In this document: piece by piece, positions 51,775-64,000 of the stretch
Numbering within the stretch: the stretch's first letter is position 1
Layout: each line of letters starts with the position of its first letter
DNA from: Octopus bimaculoides
Lineage: Eukaryota
NCBI RefSeq assembly: GCF_001194135.2
Contig: NC_068988.1
Location: 95,370,908 to 95,434,907, forward strand
Length of the DNA: 64,000 bases
Direction of reading: 5' to 3'
Translations under genes and position numbers: made by a program
Notes under the pieces: model-generated
What the model was told of the DNA's origin: nothing
Database searches by the model: none
The model's input: only the letters and a program-made list of their open reading frames with translations

Positions 51775-52534
51775 CTCTCCTTCTCTCTCCATTTTCTGCC
51801 GTTTCTTTTCACTACTACTATTTCTACTTTCCTTTTCTACTTTGCCTTCTTGCTCTTTTCTTCTTCTTCATCATCTTCTTCGTCTCCTCCTCCTGCCCCT
51901 CCCTCCTTCTTCTCCGCCTCTTTCCTTCTTTCTCTATTTTCGTTGTCGGAACCGTTTCAGAGGTTTGTTCAATGCCAGAAGCCCGCCTTTTCTTTTTCCG
52001 ATTGATTATTTGCCCGCAAGGTGTGTTATTATGCAAATGAGATTTTCAGACATATCTTCCTTTAACGTCTTCAGTCTTGGCACACTGTTTTGTCTTTCAT
52101 GCCAACTTTCACTCTATCCCTGTTCCCTAATTTGCCTAATTAGATTTTTTTTTATATTCCTATTTTTAACTCTTCTCTATGTCTATAAGCACCGAAGCAA
52201 AAAGATCCTTGCTGTTATGGCGCTACGATTCTACTGTTAAATGGTGATCTTTGGCGGCACAAGATTACAGAGCTTTCTATTGAATTTCTACTCTATTAAC
52301 TGAACTAATACGCATCGAAGACTCTTTTCACGTTTTATTGTGTTTTTCCTTTTGAACATACTCTACTGAAGAATGGTTGATTCGCCACCCTCGCCCCCAC
52401 ACCATCAAGCTAAGCAACACCCACCATTGCTGTTGCAACCGCTGCTCTCTCTCTCTCTCGCTTTCTGTCTCTCTCTCTCGCTTTCTGTCTCTCTCTCTCT
52501 CTCTTTCTCTTATCTCTTTCTTCTTTCTCTTTCT

Positions 52535-52575
<41 letters not shown>

Positions 52576-52859
52576 ATGAGCACTCTTTCACACCTGAACC
52601 ACCTACTTTATTCCGTCACAGGTTTTGCCGTTTATCTTTTTTTTTACTTTTTTTCTTTTTTCTTTTTCATTTTGGTTTCTGCTACTTGATGTCTTCAATT
52701 ATTTTAAAGAATTTTTGTTTACCAGAAATAGATAAGAAGAAAGAAGGGGGACGGTGGGGGAGGGTGGAAGGAAACGCAGGGGGAGAAAGAAAGAGTGAAA
52801 GGAAGAGAGTAAGAGAGGGGGATAAAGAAATAAAAAGTGTGAGATGCTCATGAACAAAG

Positions 52860-52900
<41 letters not shown>

Positions 52901-53677
52901 AGAAAGTGAACGCAAAAGATAATAGCAAATGGGGAAGAAGATGAAAACGAAAAAGAAAATAAAATAGTAAAAAGAGCGAATGAGAAAAAGATATCTAGAA
53001 AGATAGACATGCGCACCTACATATGTATACACACATGCAAAAATATAATATATGTATATATGTGTGTGTGTGTGTTTATATATATATGTATATATATATA
53101 TATGTGTGTGTATGTATTTGTGTATATATATATATGTCTGTATACATATACATATGTATGTTTAGATAGATAGATGGACAGATAGATAGATGGATGGATG
53201 GACAGTTAGATAAATAGATAGATGGATAGATAGATGCACACATATGAACACACCCACACATGTGTGTGTGGGAGACAAGAGGAGAGAGATAGAAAGAGAG
53301 AGAGAGCTTGTGTGAGGTTAAGTAGTGAAGAGATTTGGAAGGAAGAAAAGCAGGAAGATATTAAGACGAATCGAGAGGAGGAACGGGGAAGAATGCCAAT
53401 AAATGGCAGGTAAGACGGTGTCAAGTAGAGAGAGTGTGTGCATAAGGGGAAATGAAGAGATAGAGAGAGGGAAAGAAAGGAGAGAGAGAGAGAGATGTAG
53501 GGAGACAAAGATATAGAGAAATAGTGAGTTTAAAGAGACGAAATAGATAGTGTGATGATATAGAGAGAGGGTGAACGAGAAGGAGAGAGTAAGACTTAAA
53601 AAACTGAGCGATTGAGATGGATTGCAAAGGAAAGGAAGGGAGGAGGGAAGGAAGGAATGTACGAAGAATAGAATAAC

Positions 53678-53870
53678 TGGTTCCAATTTCGGTACAAGGC
53701 CAGCAGGTTTGGGGCTAAGTCGATTACATCAACCCTAGTATCCAACTGGTACCTTTTTTTTTATATCCACCCCGAAAGGGACGAAAAGTAAGGTCGGCCC
53801 CGACGGAATTTGAACTCAGAAACGTAAAGACGGACCAGCATTTTGGCCGGTGTGCCCACGATTCTACCAG
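53678..53870 (-). mobile_element. Family-A SINE
   Basis: aagtcgattacatcaacc..ccccgaaagg..gacggaatttgaactcagaaacgtaaagacgga. Confidence 0.8.
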
Positions 53871-54205
53871 ACATCTGGGATGGAATGAGGGGAATGTTAA
53901 GACTGATACATTAAAGACTAGAAATCTGTAGAACCGTGGAGAAAATGGTGTTTGTGTAACTGTCGTCTGCACTGGACGATCCGCTGTGGTGCGGACGCAT
54001 AAGAGGAGCACAACAGAAGACAGGACTCTAGACATGTGCAAACGGAAAGGCGCACGCACGCACGCACGCACGCACGCGCGCGCGTGTGTACATCTAATGT
54101 AGGATAAAATTTTCAAAAAAATTCTATCAGTGGCCAGCATATTTAAGAAATACCTTTTAAGGTGAAAATTATAAACAACTTATCATGGCAAAAGAAAAAA
54201 ATTCT

Positions 54206-54360
54206 TATGCCGAAAAATAGACTTTAAGTCGTCATATAGCCACAGATAATTCATCACTGACGGAAGTTTTTAGAAATTTCTGTCAGCGTGCTTCGATACG
54301 TGTGCTTTTAGTGATGAATTATGTGATTATATAACGATTTAAAGTCTATTTCTCGGCATA
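54206..54360. mobile_element. MITE-like fold-back element
   Basis: ~52-bp imperfect inverted repeats (54206-54258 / 54310-54360) around a ~50-nt spacer. Confidence 0.7.
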
Positions 54361-55462
54361 TTTGGCATAAGAATCTTTGTTTTTTGCCTTTATTTATAAG
54401 TTATATATATGTACATATATATATTTGCGTGTATGTATATATGAGTGTGTATGTATATATGTATATATGAGTATGTATATATGTGTATGTATGTATGAGT
54501 GTGTGTATGTATATATATATAATATATATGCATATATATATGTTAACACACGCGCGCGCAGGTGAATTTCCGTCTACGAAATTCCAGTCACAAGGTATTC
54601 GGTTACCGGAATCTCCGAGAAGACAGTTGACCAAGACGCTATGCGGCGGTATCGAACTAGGAAACACGGGCTTGCAACACAATCTTCTCAGCCACAAACC
54701 CATGCAAGCGCCTACATGTGTGTGTGTGTGTGCGTGTGTGTGTGTAAATATATAAATAGAGAGAGATATCTATATATACACACACATATGTGTGCACATG
54801 TATGTATGCATGTGTGTGTGAGGAATGTAGAGGAGAGATCGAGAAAAATGCATGCGTGTGTAGGAGTCTGTGTGTACATGCATGTGTGTGTGTGTGTGTT
54901 TTCAAACCTGAATTTATCTTTCCCACTGATTAAAATCGAAGCGAGGAAAAATCAAATACTTGACTTGTTCATAAAATTACATCGAACGCCTACAATTATT
55001 ATAGGAGAGGCGAGAAAATTGTCGGCTTGCTTCTGTTTTTTTTTTTTTATTTATATTTTACACAAACTTTTTTTTAATATTACATCGCTCTTCGTTAGTT
55101 GTTCTTCTTGTTCTTGTTCTCTCTACATTTGTTTATTTGTATCCTTTCCTTCCTACAACCCTCCACCCCCCAGTCAACTTTTTTCGTGATTTTTCTTTTT
55201 TTTTTTTTTTTGTAATTTCATTTCATCATTTTAGGTTTTTGTTCTTTCGTTCATTTTGGTTTCTTTGTTTGGTTTTCTGTTTAATATTTCGAGTTTTGTC
55301 ATTGGAAAGGTTTCAATTCAACTCTCAGCCGTTTCTTTCTTTTCTACTTTGAAAAGTTTCATTTTTTTTTATTCGTTATACCTTCACAAAAATACACCGA
55401 CACATACACAAATATACACATATACATACGCATATAAGTATTATGTATGTATATCTAAGTGC

Positions 55463-55502
<40 letters not shown>

Positions 55503-56479
55503 TTATGTAAAAACACATATACTTACACACATCCACATATGTGTGTGTGTGTGTGTGTGTAAATATGAATGTATGTGATTATGTATATACATATAATCGA
55601 TGGATAGAGATTGACTCAGTGAGCAAGGCATACATAATATAAGCTAACAGTCTTACATACAAAGATACATGCTTACATACATATACACAAAAAAAACATA
55701 CGTATGTACACACACGCATACATATATATATATATAAACAAATATATGTAGCATACATACGTATACACACATACGTATATATATGTATATACATATATAT
55801 GCACACGTGAGATGCTCCTACCGAAACAGCCATTATGAGTCACATGTTACACAAATTAGCTCACATACGAATGCGTTCCTGCGTGTATATTTCTGCGTAC
55901 ATACACACACATATATACATATATACATACAAATGCGGATTTACACAAATATGTGTGAAATTTCTGTAAAAGACACTCGGTGTCTTAATGTATGCATTAT
56001 TTGGCGGGAGTCAGGTAAAGAGTTTCATAATTTTTTTAAACAAGCAGACGTGTGCTTGTGTGTGTTTGTTAATGTGTTTGTACATACTTCGTATATATTG
56101 ATGTACGCGGATATATACAATAGAATATATACGTATGTGCGTCGATACAAACATCAATACTTTCTTTGTACGTACATATATACGTGAACATGCATGCAGC
56201 CATACGTATATAGAAAGACACACACACATTATACATACTTGCTCATCTTTTAGTTTACGTAAGTGACAGCTGACATACCTGTATTAGGTCCATTGATTAA
56301 CAGAAAGGTTCATAGATAGATAGACAGACAGATAGACATACGGACAGACAGACTGGCAGATAGATAGATAATCACGTGATCGACCTTACTATACATTATG
56401 CATCGTTTTTGCTTTTGAATGATGCCACCCTGGGTAGGTGAGCAGGCCCACGTTTCCTCTGATCGAAAGTCTACTCCGT

Positions 56480-56633
56480 TGCAGGGTTAGCACTCATTTA
56501 CAGCCGAGTGGACTGAAGCAACGTGAAATGAAGTGTTTTGCTCAAGGACACAATGCACCACTCGGTCCAGGAATCGAAACCACGACCTAGTAGCAATCGT
56601 GAGTGCAAAACTCTAACCACTTGTCCTCGTGCC
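56480..56633 (-). mobile_element. SINE head plus CORE-like body (B2-like)
   Basis: Reverse complement gives GTGGTTAGAG..GGTTTCGATTCCTGG..CCTTGAGCAAAACACTTCATTTCACGTTGCTTCAGTCCACTC, similar to 30131-30260. Confidence 0.75.
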
Positions 56634-56913
56634 TTCGCAAACAGAATATTATTTTCGAAATGTCCTCTCCTAAGACTTTGCCTTCAATTCCATAAGCTAA
56701 CGCTAGGAATTTCAGGGTTTTCGATAACTTTCCAAAAATCTTATAATTTTGAAAAATACTTAATTTGTTTATATTCTATAATCAAAACGCAAAGCTAAAA
56801 CTAGTTTAACTACACGACATAGCGGTGCCTCCGACAGACTCTAGAAAGTGCAAAAGCAAATGGCTGGAAACAGAGGACGAAGTACGAAGGAATTTCCAGT
56901 GAAAATTATCATA

Positions 56914-57251
56914 GGCGTAGGAGTGGCTGTGTGGTAAGTAGCTTGCTTACCAACCACATGGTTGTCTTCTACTATAGCCTCGGGCCGACCAAAGCCTTGT
57001 GAGTGGATTTGGTAGACGAAAACTGAAAGAAGCCCGTCGTATGTGTGTGTGTGTGTGTTTCTTCCCGCAACATCGCTTGACAACCGATGCTGGTGTGTTT
57101 ACGTCCCCGTAACCTAGCGGTTCGGCAAAAGAGACCGATAGAATAAGTACTAGGCTTACAAAGAATAAGTCCTAGGGTCGATTTGATTCGACTAAAGGTG
57201 GTGCTCCAGCATGGCCACAGTCAAATGACTGAAACAAATAAAAGAGTTAAA
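56914..57251 (+). mobile_element. Family-C SINE with the B-box segment deleted
   Basis: CCACATGGTT jumps to GTCTTCTACTATAG; rest nearly consensus with internal (TG)n. Confidence 0.9.
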
Positions 57252-57712
57252 GGGCATGTTATACATCATATAAGAACATCTTCTTGGCATTCGTTTTGCA
57301 ATATTTATTACGAAACATGAAAGATTATCATGAAACGCGTTCATTCTCGAACGGTCAACGCTATGCGAACAGTTGGCTTTCCAAGTTGTCGCTTGGAAAT
57401 TTCAAATACACTAAATTTGTCCTGACTCTTACGTTTTCAATGGGAATGTTGACTCAAGAGAAAGAATATTGTTTTAGTATTGCATCAGGATTCAGTGTTG
57501 GGCGGAAATACACAGATCTTTCTACAATCATAAATATTGACGATACGAAGAGAGAGATCGATCTTTAAGGCGAGCATGGTATGAAACATAATCACTGCAG
57601 TAAATTGTTGTTATTATTTATGAACCCAGGATTCTTACAACTCGTCTACGATTTGTACATACACACACACACACACACACACATGTACTCACATACTCAC
57701 ACTCATACATAC

Positions 57713-57768
<56 letters not shown>

Positions 57769-57794
57769 NNNNNNNNNNATACATGTTTATATGC

Positions 57795-57825
<31 letters not shown>

Positions 57826-57883
57826 TACATACATGTTTATATGCATACATATATGTACATATATATACACATGTATATTTACA

Positions 57884-57982
<99 letters not shown>

Positions 57983-58730
57983 GTATATTTACATATATAT
58001 GTGTGTATATATATATATGTATATTTATATATATATGTGTGTATAATAATTTTCCCAGAGGATGTAGCAACCGTTACCAATATAGCATAAGAACTTACCT
58101 TAGGAGATCATTAACTAGATTCCTTAAGGGTCGTTCTCACAGTTTATATTTATTTTATAAGGTTTTTAAACTTTTAAATTTTCATATTCAAAAGAGACAG
58201 AGACTTCAAATTCGATATATCGATTTATTCACCACTCTATGTTAACATTTCTGTGCCAAACTTATCCAGTGACTGGTCCATTGGATTTAGACATTTGGCA
58301 CTTCTTCAGGAGTGGTAACCTTTCGAACAAAACACGAAAAAACACATACATAACTATTATTAAGTCTTTAGGATCTCGTTAGCTTTCGTCTTTGTTATTA
58401 TAGGAGAGATAANNNNNNNNNNNNNNNNNNNNNNNNNNNNNNNNNNNNNNNNNNNNNNNNNNNNNNNNNNNNNNNNNNNNNNNNNNNNNNNNNNNNNNNN
58501 NNNNNNNNNNNNNNNNNNNNNNNNNNNNNNNNNNNNNNNNNNNNNNNNNNNNNNNNNNNNNNNNNNNNNNNNNNNNNNNNNNNNNNNNNNNNNNNNNNNN
58601 NNNNNNNNNNNNNNNNNNNNNNNNNNNNNNNNNNNNNNNNNNNNNNNNNNNNNNNNNNNNNNNNNNNNNNNNNNNNNNNNNNNNNNNNNNNNNNNNNNNN
58701 NNNNNNNNNNNNNNNNNNNNNNNNNNNNNN

Positions 58731-58779
<49 letters not shown>

Positions 58780-59058
58780 TATATACAATTAAACCTTGGG
58801 AGAGGCATTATACCGGTAATAAACACACGCACTGGTTCAGTCCTTTATTAATTTATTTTATATATATATATACATATATATATACATATACATAAAATGT
58901 ATATATTATATATATATATATATATACATATAAATGTATATATATGTATATTTACATATATATGTGTGTATATACATATATATATATATATATATACATA
59001 CATATAAATATGTGTAGATATATATACATACATTTATGCATATATATATATATATATT

Positions 59059-59196
59059 ACAGTTCTATATTTAAGAGAATTGTTTACATTATTTACATTT
59101 GTCATCTTGTTTGTAGTTAGCACAACCTTTCGGCTGATATACCCTCCAGCCTTCATCAGGTGCGTTGGGAAAATTCGAACCTGGGTTCTCATTCCC
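59059..59196 (-). mobile_element. Family-E repeat, 5'-truncated copy 3
   Basis: Shares ACAGTTCTATATTTAAGAGA end and GAACCTGGGTTCTCATT with the copy at 36576. Confidence 0.85.
59120..59163 (-). ncRNA. Hammerhead motif, second copy (stem III mutated)
   Basis: GCAC-CUGAUGA-A-GGCUG..CAGCC-GAAA-G-GUU-GUGC; core and stem II intact, C15.2 changed to G. Confidence 0.65.
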
Positions 59197-59534
59197 GAGA
59201 CAAAGGATAAGAATTAAGCAATCAACATTTTATACTCATGGATTCTATTTACATGTATTTTTATGTATATTTATATATATCTATATTTTAAAAAAATTCA
59301 TATATGTTGATATGCATTAATATATATATACATATATATATATATACATACAAATTCATAAATGTATGAGTAAGTATAAAAAGTTGATTGCCTAATTTTA
59401 GCTTCTATTTTAATTACATATATGTATTTATGTATATCTTTCTATTTATCTTTCTCTAAATATATATATATATATAATGCACAATATAGATATATAGGGC
59501 AGGGAATCGTCAATTAGTAATAAAATTAATAATT

Positions 59535-59581
<47 letters not shown>

Positions 59582-59926
59582 GCACGTGTAGATATTTATA
59601 CGTATGTATGAATACATGTATATGAAATTATATACGAACTTGTAATACGTTTCTCCTTTCAAAAATATGTCAGCTACGAAACGATATGCGGCACTAACCA
59701 GTGTTTGTGTGTGCGTGCATACACGTCCATGTAAGTGCGTGTATGTGTGCGTAGTGTGATCTCCTCAGCGACTGCTTCCCATGTGTGTGTGTGTGTCTTT
59801 GTATGTATATATATATATATATAAGTGTGTGTGTGTATATGTGTATATATATGTGTGTATATATATATATGTGTGTGTGTACACATATATATTTGTGTAT
59901 ATATATATATATATATGCAAGTGTAT

Positions 59927-59981
<55 letters not shown>

Positions 59982-61389
59982 AATACATTAGTGACGTCTA
60001 TAAATTTGCCTTTGAGTTGTTAAATTACTAAGCCACCCATATTATTCGTATATATAGATATATATATATATATATCTGTGCATTTAAACGACAAACAAAT
60101 ATGGCGTTCTCCTTCACAGTTTATAGTGTTCGTGGAGATTATTAAATTTATTTGACCTTTCAACTCTCACAGCTGCTGCTGCTGCTTTTGGTTAGCTGGC
60201 CATATACGACTTAAGATCTTGACTCATAATCTACTAGAGCTATATATCAACCACTTGACCAGCAAAGCTAGAAAACCCCCCGTTTAAAGACATAGTTGTG
60301 TAATGACAGCACCGAGCTGTGGCGGTGGATCTCGCCAAATATTTTATAAACAAAATATTGAACTGGAAAAACACCATTACTGCACTGGAAAATACAATGT
60401 TTTGGTGTACAATTAATAATAAGTGGGGATCTGCAGGAAACGAAGAGATATGAATTTCTTTCATTTGTCTCAAGAGATTCGTAATGGCGACCGTGCTGCT
60501 GAAGATAACAACATAAACCAACTGTTTTAACACTGGCATACGTCTGCCATGCAACTGGCAGAGGCATTTTTCCCTCGAGCTCTGAAATCGTTCTCCCCCA
60601 TATATCTAGTTATAAACTTAGTAGATATTTCTGATAAATGACCGCTGCTTTAGTTGTAACCATTAAAGAAACACGCACCGTGCGAAACTATATCCCAGGA
60701 AATGTAACGTAGGAATGGTCGGCTACTCAGGGGAGTGAGAAAGGATATTGTTTCTTGGCAGTTTTGAAACCCAGATGCATTTGCTTCCTTTTACAAGGCA
60801 AGGAAATTTCCCATCTAATGTTTAATCGTTCAATATGTTTCGCCAAATATTTGACATAAGGAACAACATCATTGAAATAATAATAATAAACATTTCAGAG
60901 AGAACTAAAATGACTTTTGTGCCGATGTTCTTCGTAACTTCATATAGAAAAATACACATGATTTAATAAGTCTCGGGGTTTTCTCTTCACAAGAATCGAT
61001 CGAATTCGGCCGTATGCGTTCTGTAAAAGACTATTGGAAATGAAGACTTTATTGAATTTTATGTAACATTCTAGAGCTTATTTAGTCTTAATATACTTGC
61101 AGGAAGCACTAAAAAGCTAATTAGGAATAAATATGAGGGGACAACCCAAAAATATACTTAAAATTTAATGCTATTTTATTTTTCTCATTAGCATGGGAGA
61201 GCATGTTTCGCTTAATGTATGTAATATACTAGACAGATGGATAGATAGACAGATGGATGTGTAGGCGAGTATGTGAGTGTGTGTGTGTGTGGACTTTATA
61301 TTACTTGCATACGTGCAATACATATATAGGCAAAAAAATATGATTTATAACAAGTGGTATTCCTCGAATTACACATAATATATACACCG

Positions 61390-61465
61390 GATTACTCGTG
61401 TATAAGCCGCTCTATTTTATATTTGATTGTAACTGAAAAAACTAGGGTGCGACTTATACAACAGG
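61390..61465. mobile_element. pogo/Tigger-type MITE subterminal fragment
   Basis: CGTGTATAAGCCGC...GGGTGCGACTTATACA inverted word pair typical of pogo-derived MITE ends. Confidence 0.4.
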
Positions 61466-61512
61466 CAAAACTAAAACTAGGAAAGGGGGAAATGTTGTGC
61501 CGATATCTAAGT

Positions 61513-61545
61513 GACGTTTCGAGCCTACGCTCTTCTACAGAAAGG
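61513..61545 (-). ncRNA. Hammerhead-like motif of a second, unrelated family
   Basis: CUGUAGA-A-GAGC(GUAG)GCUC-GAAA-C-GUC; A6 replaced by U and stem I poorly paired. Confidence 0.45.
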
Positions 61546-62078
61546 AAAGAGGAAGGATAACAATGGAGACAGGAAAGAAAATGGGGGAGAGGAGAATTTT
61601 AAAATGTGTCTGAATTAACAGCTTCACAGGGTCCTGATAGGGTAGGGGTTCGCACTGGACGCGAACCCCTACCTATACAAACTTCCGTACTGTAACTTTC
61701 CAAAAATCTCTGGTCCATTTGTGTGGCAACTCCAGATATTTCACTGCTGAAACCGGTGTGTAGGTATTTTGAATAGTAAAGTATGACATAAGAAAGAAGA
61801 ACGAATGTTCGTTACCGTTGTTTGTGCCATTCCGTTTCTACTCGTACTCTAAGTAAATGTTTCCGTGTGGCTGAGTATACCCAGGTGGCACTTCATCCGA
61901 TTAGCGTTAAGCTGTGCTTCTTTGCATTGTGTGAATTATATGTATTTCGTGTTGTGTCTATAGTTACTTCCGTAACGCGAGGGATCCCTGTATAACACAC
62001 CTTGTTGTTCTTTAACCCGAATTATGATACACTGCGATCACAATATCCCATCCGTAACCCTCATGTACGTTTATATAT

Positions 62079-62139
<61 letters not shown>

Positions 62140-62393
62140 NNNNNNNNNNNNNNNNNNNNNNNNNNNNNNNNNNNNNNNNNNNNNNNNNNNNNNNNNNNNN
62201 NNNNNNNNNNNNNNNNNNNNNNNNNNNNNNNNNNNNNNNNNNNNNNNNNNNNNNNNNNNNNNNNNNNNNNNNNNNNNNNNNNNNNNNNNNNNNNNNNNNN
62301 NNNNNNNNNNNNNNNNNNNNNNNNNNNNNNNNNNNNNNNNNNNNNNNNNNNNNNNNNNNNNNNNNNNNNNNNNNNNNNNNNNNNNNNNNNNNN

Positions 62394-62444
<51 letters not shown>

Positions 62445-62697
62445 GAGAGAAAGAGAAGCATGTACATATATATGCATATATGTATAAATACATATATATA
62501 CATACGTAGATATATATTATATATATATACAAACGCGTGTATATGTGCATACATACACATACACACACGTGCACACAGACATATGCATATGCAATGAATT
62601 TGAGAGTAATGGCGAATTGTTTCAGAGGTTAATTATACAAATGTTAACTCTCACTTTCCAACAAGGAATTGATGAACTTGCTATGCGGTGCGGTGTG

Positions 62698-62736
<39 letters not shown>

Positions 62737-63569
62737 TGAGAGAGAGTGTGTGTGTGAGAGAGAGAGAGTGTGTGTGAGAGAGAGAGAGTGCCGGACGTCT
62801 CTGTGTCTCTACATGTTTGCATGCATGTGAGTTTGCGAATTATGCGCTAGTGAGTGGCACTAGAGACTGAGAGAGAGAGAGAGAAGTGAGCAATACTCAT
62901 CGTTGCCGTGGGATTCAGACAAACCCATAAATTATTCGAAGTGTTAGAACGGTTGAAGGCTGATGTAGCATCCTGAGATCACGGCATCATCGCATCTACA
63001 TTCTGCGAATCTCTTCCGTGCCGACTTGCTACTTTATACAACTGGTCGACTTTTCACTCATTCATTCACTCTCTCTCTCTCTTTCTCTCACTCTCTCTTT
63101 CCCTCTCTCTCTTTCGCTCTCTCTCTCTCTCTCTCTCTCTCTTTCATACTCTCACAGCCAACCATTTATATAGTTTGGACTTTCTATGCCAAGTCTTTCT
63201 CTTAATCAAGCGAGATGCGTCCGTGTTTACATAGAATCCAGCAACCCGTTTGCATTAATTAATCCGCATTCTTCAACATAGATCTACACGGGTTGCTTTT
63301 CCTCAGTTGCAATGAATCATGTGTGTGTCTATGTGCTGTTCGAATGTACGTGTATGTGTATGTGTGTGTCTGTGTGTGTGTGTCTGTGTGTGTACTGTGT
63401 GTGTACTGTGTGTGAACTAGTGTCTTATATACGTGCGTTACTTTGATCATTGTTACTGTCATCAAGTCGTTTACGGAAATGTTGGACGCGGGTTTGACAC
63501 TTGTGGATAGTTTAATAGGGTGAAGAGAATTTACTGGGAAGAGCAACGGGCAGTCACTGCATTGTAAGC

Positions 63570-63603
<34 letters not shown>

Positions 63604-64000
63604 AAGCATCAGCAGCAACTTTAGTTACGTTCATTAAAAGAACTGAGATGAACTGTTTGATTAAAAGGGTGGCCACCACTCCCTGGCAAAATCTCTTCCA
63701 TATTCAGGTGGTGTTGGAAGAAATGATTTTCTTGTTAAATCACAAGGTTTCGGTATACTTGAATGAAACTCTGGGACATCTTAATCAAGACTTTGGCTTA
63801 ATATGTAAAGCCATCGCAGCAATTGGGAGCATTGCAATCTCGCGGTGAATTAGCTGGCTGAAACTTCTACGAAGTCACTGTCAATAATATTCTTGTTTAA
63901 TAATAATACCAATAATATAGACGCAGGAGTGGCTGTGTGGTGAGAAACATATTATATACATATATATATATATATACATATATATACATACATATATATA

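Noticed and set aside
52031-52038. Octamer ATGCAAAT
   Set aside because: Several matches are expected by chance in 64 kb of AT-rich DNA
63648-63848. 66-aa ORF, or antisense PANSP..GGH resembling a maT/Tc1 C-terminus
   Set aside because: Similarity too weak to call, and no termini found

Overview
This is AT-rich, microsatellite-saturated eukaryotic DNA from a gapped short-read assembly; the SINE types and (CA)n/(TA)n/(ATT)n load suggest an octopus-like cephalopod (inference). I found no host protein-coding exon, rRNA, true tRNA or CRISPR array that I can support, and nearly all ORFs in the track are microsatellite translations. The window reads as intronic or intergenic DNA holding transposon fossils: a full-length dead Tc1 (8.2-9.45 kb), mariner and Tigger/pogo relics, CR1/Jockey-like, RTE and restriction-like-endonuclease (R4/Dong-type) LINE ends, and several tRNA-headed SINE families, which I label A, B, B2 and C. 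The most interesting signal is a short repeat family (E, three copies) carrying a minimal type-I hammerhead ribozyme. One copy is joined to a tRNA-like Pol III head, suggesting a ribozyme-bearing SINE or retrozyme. Also notable: an old repeat family (D) whose 5' end may fold like an HDV-type ribozyme, and RLE-LINE copies sitting in (CATA)n tracts and truncated at the same internal target-like site. Boundaries of degenerate repeats are approximate (+/-10-30 nt).
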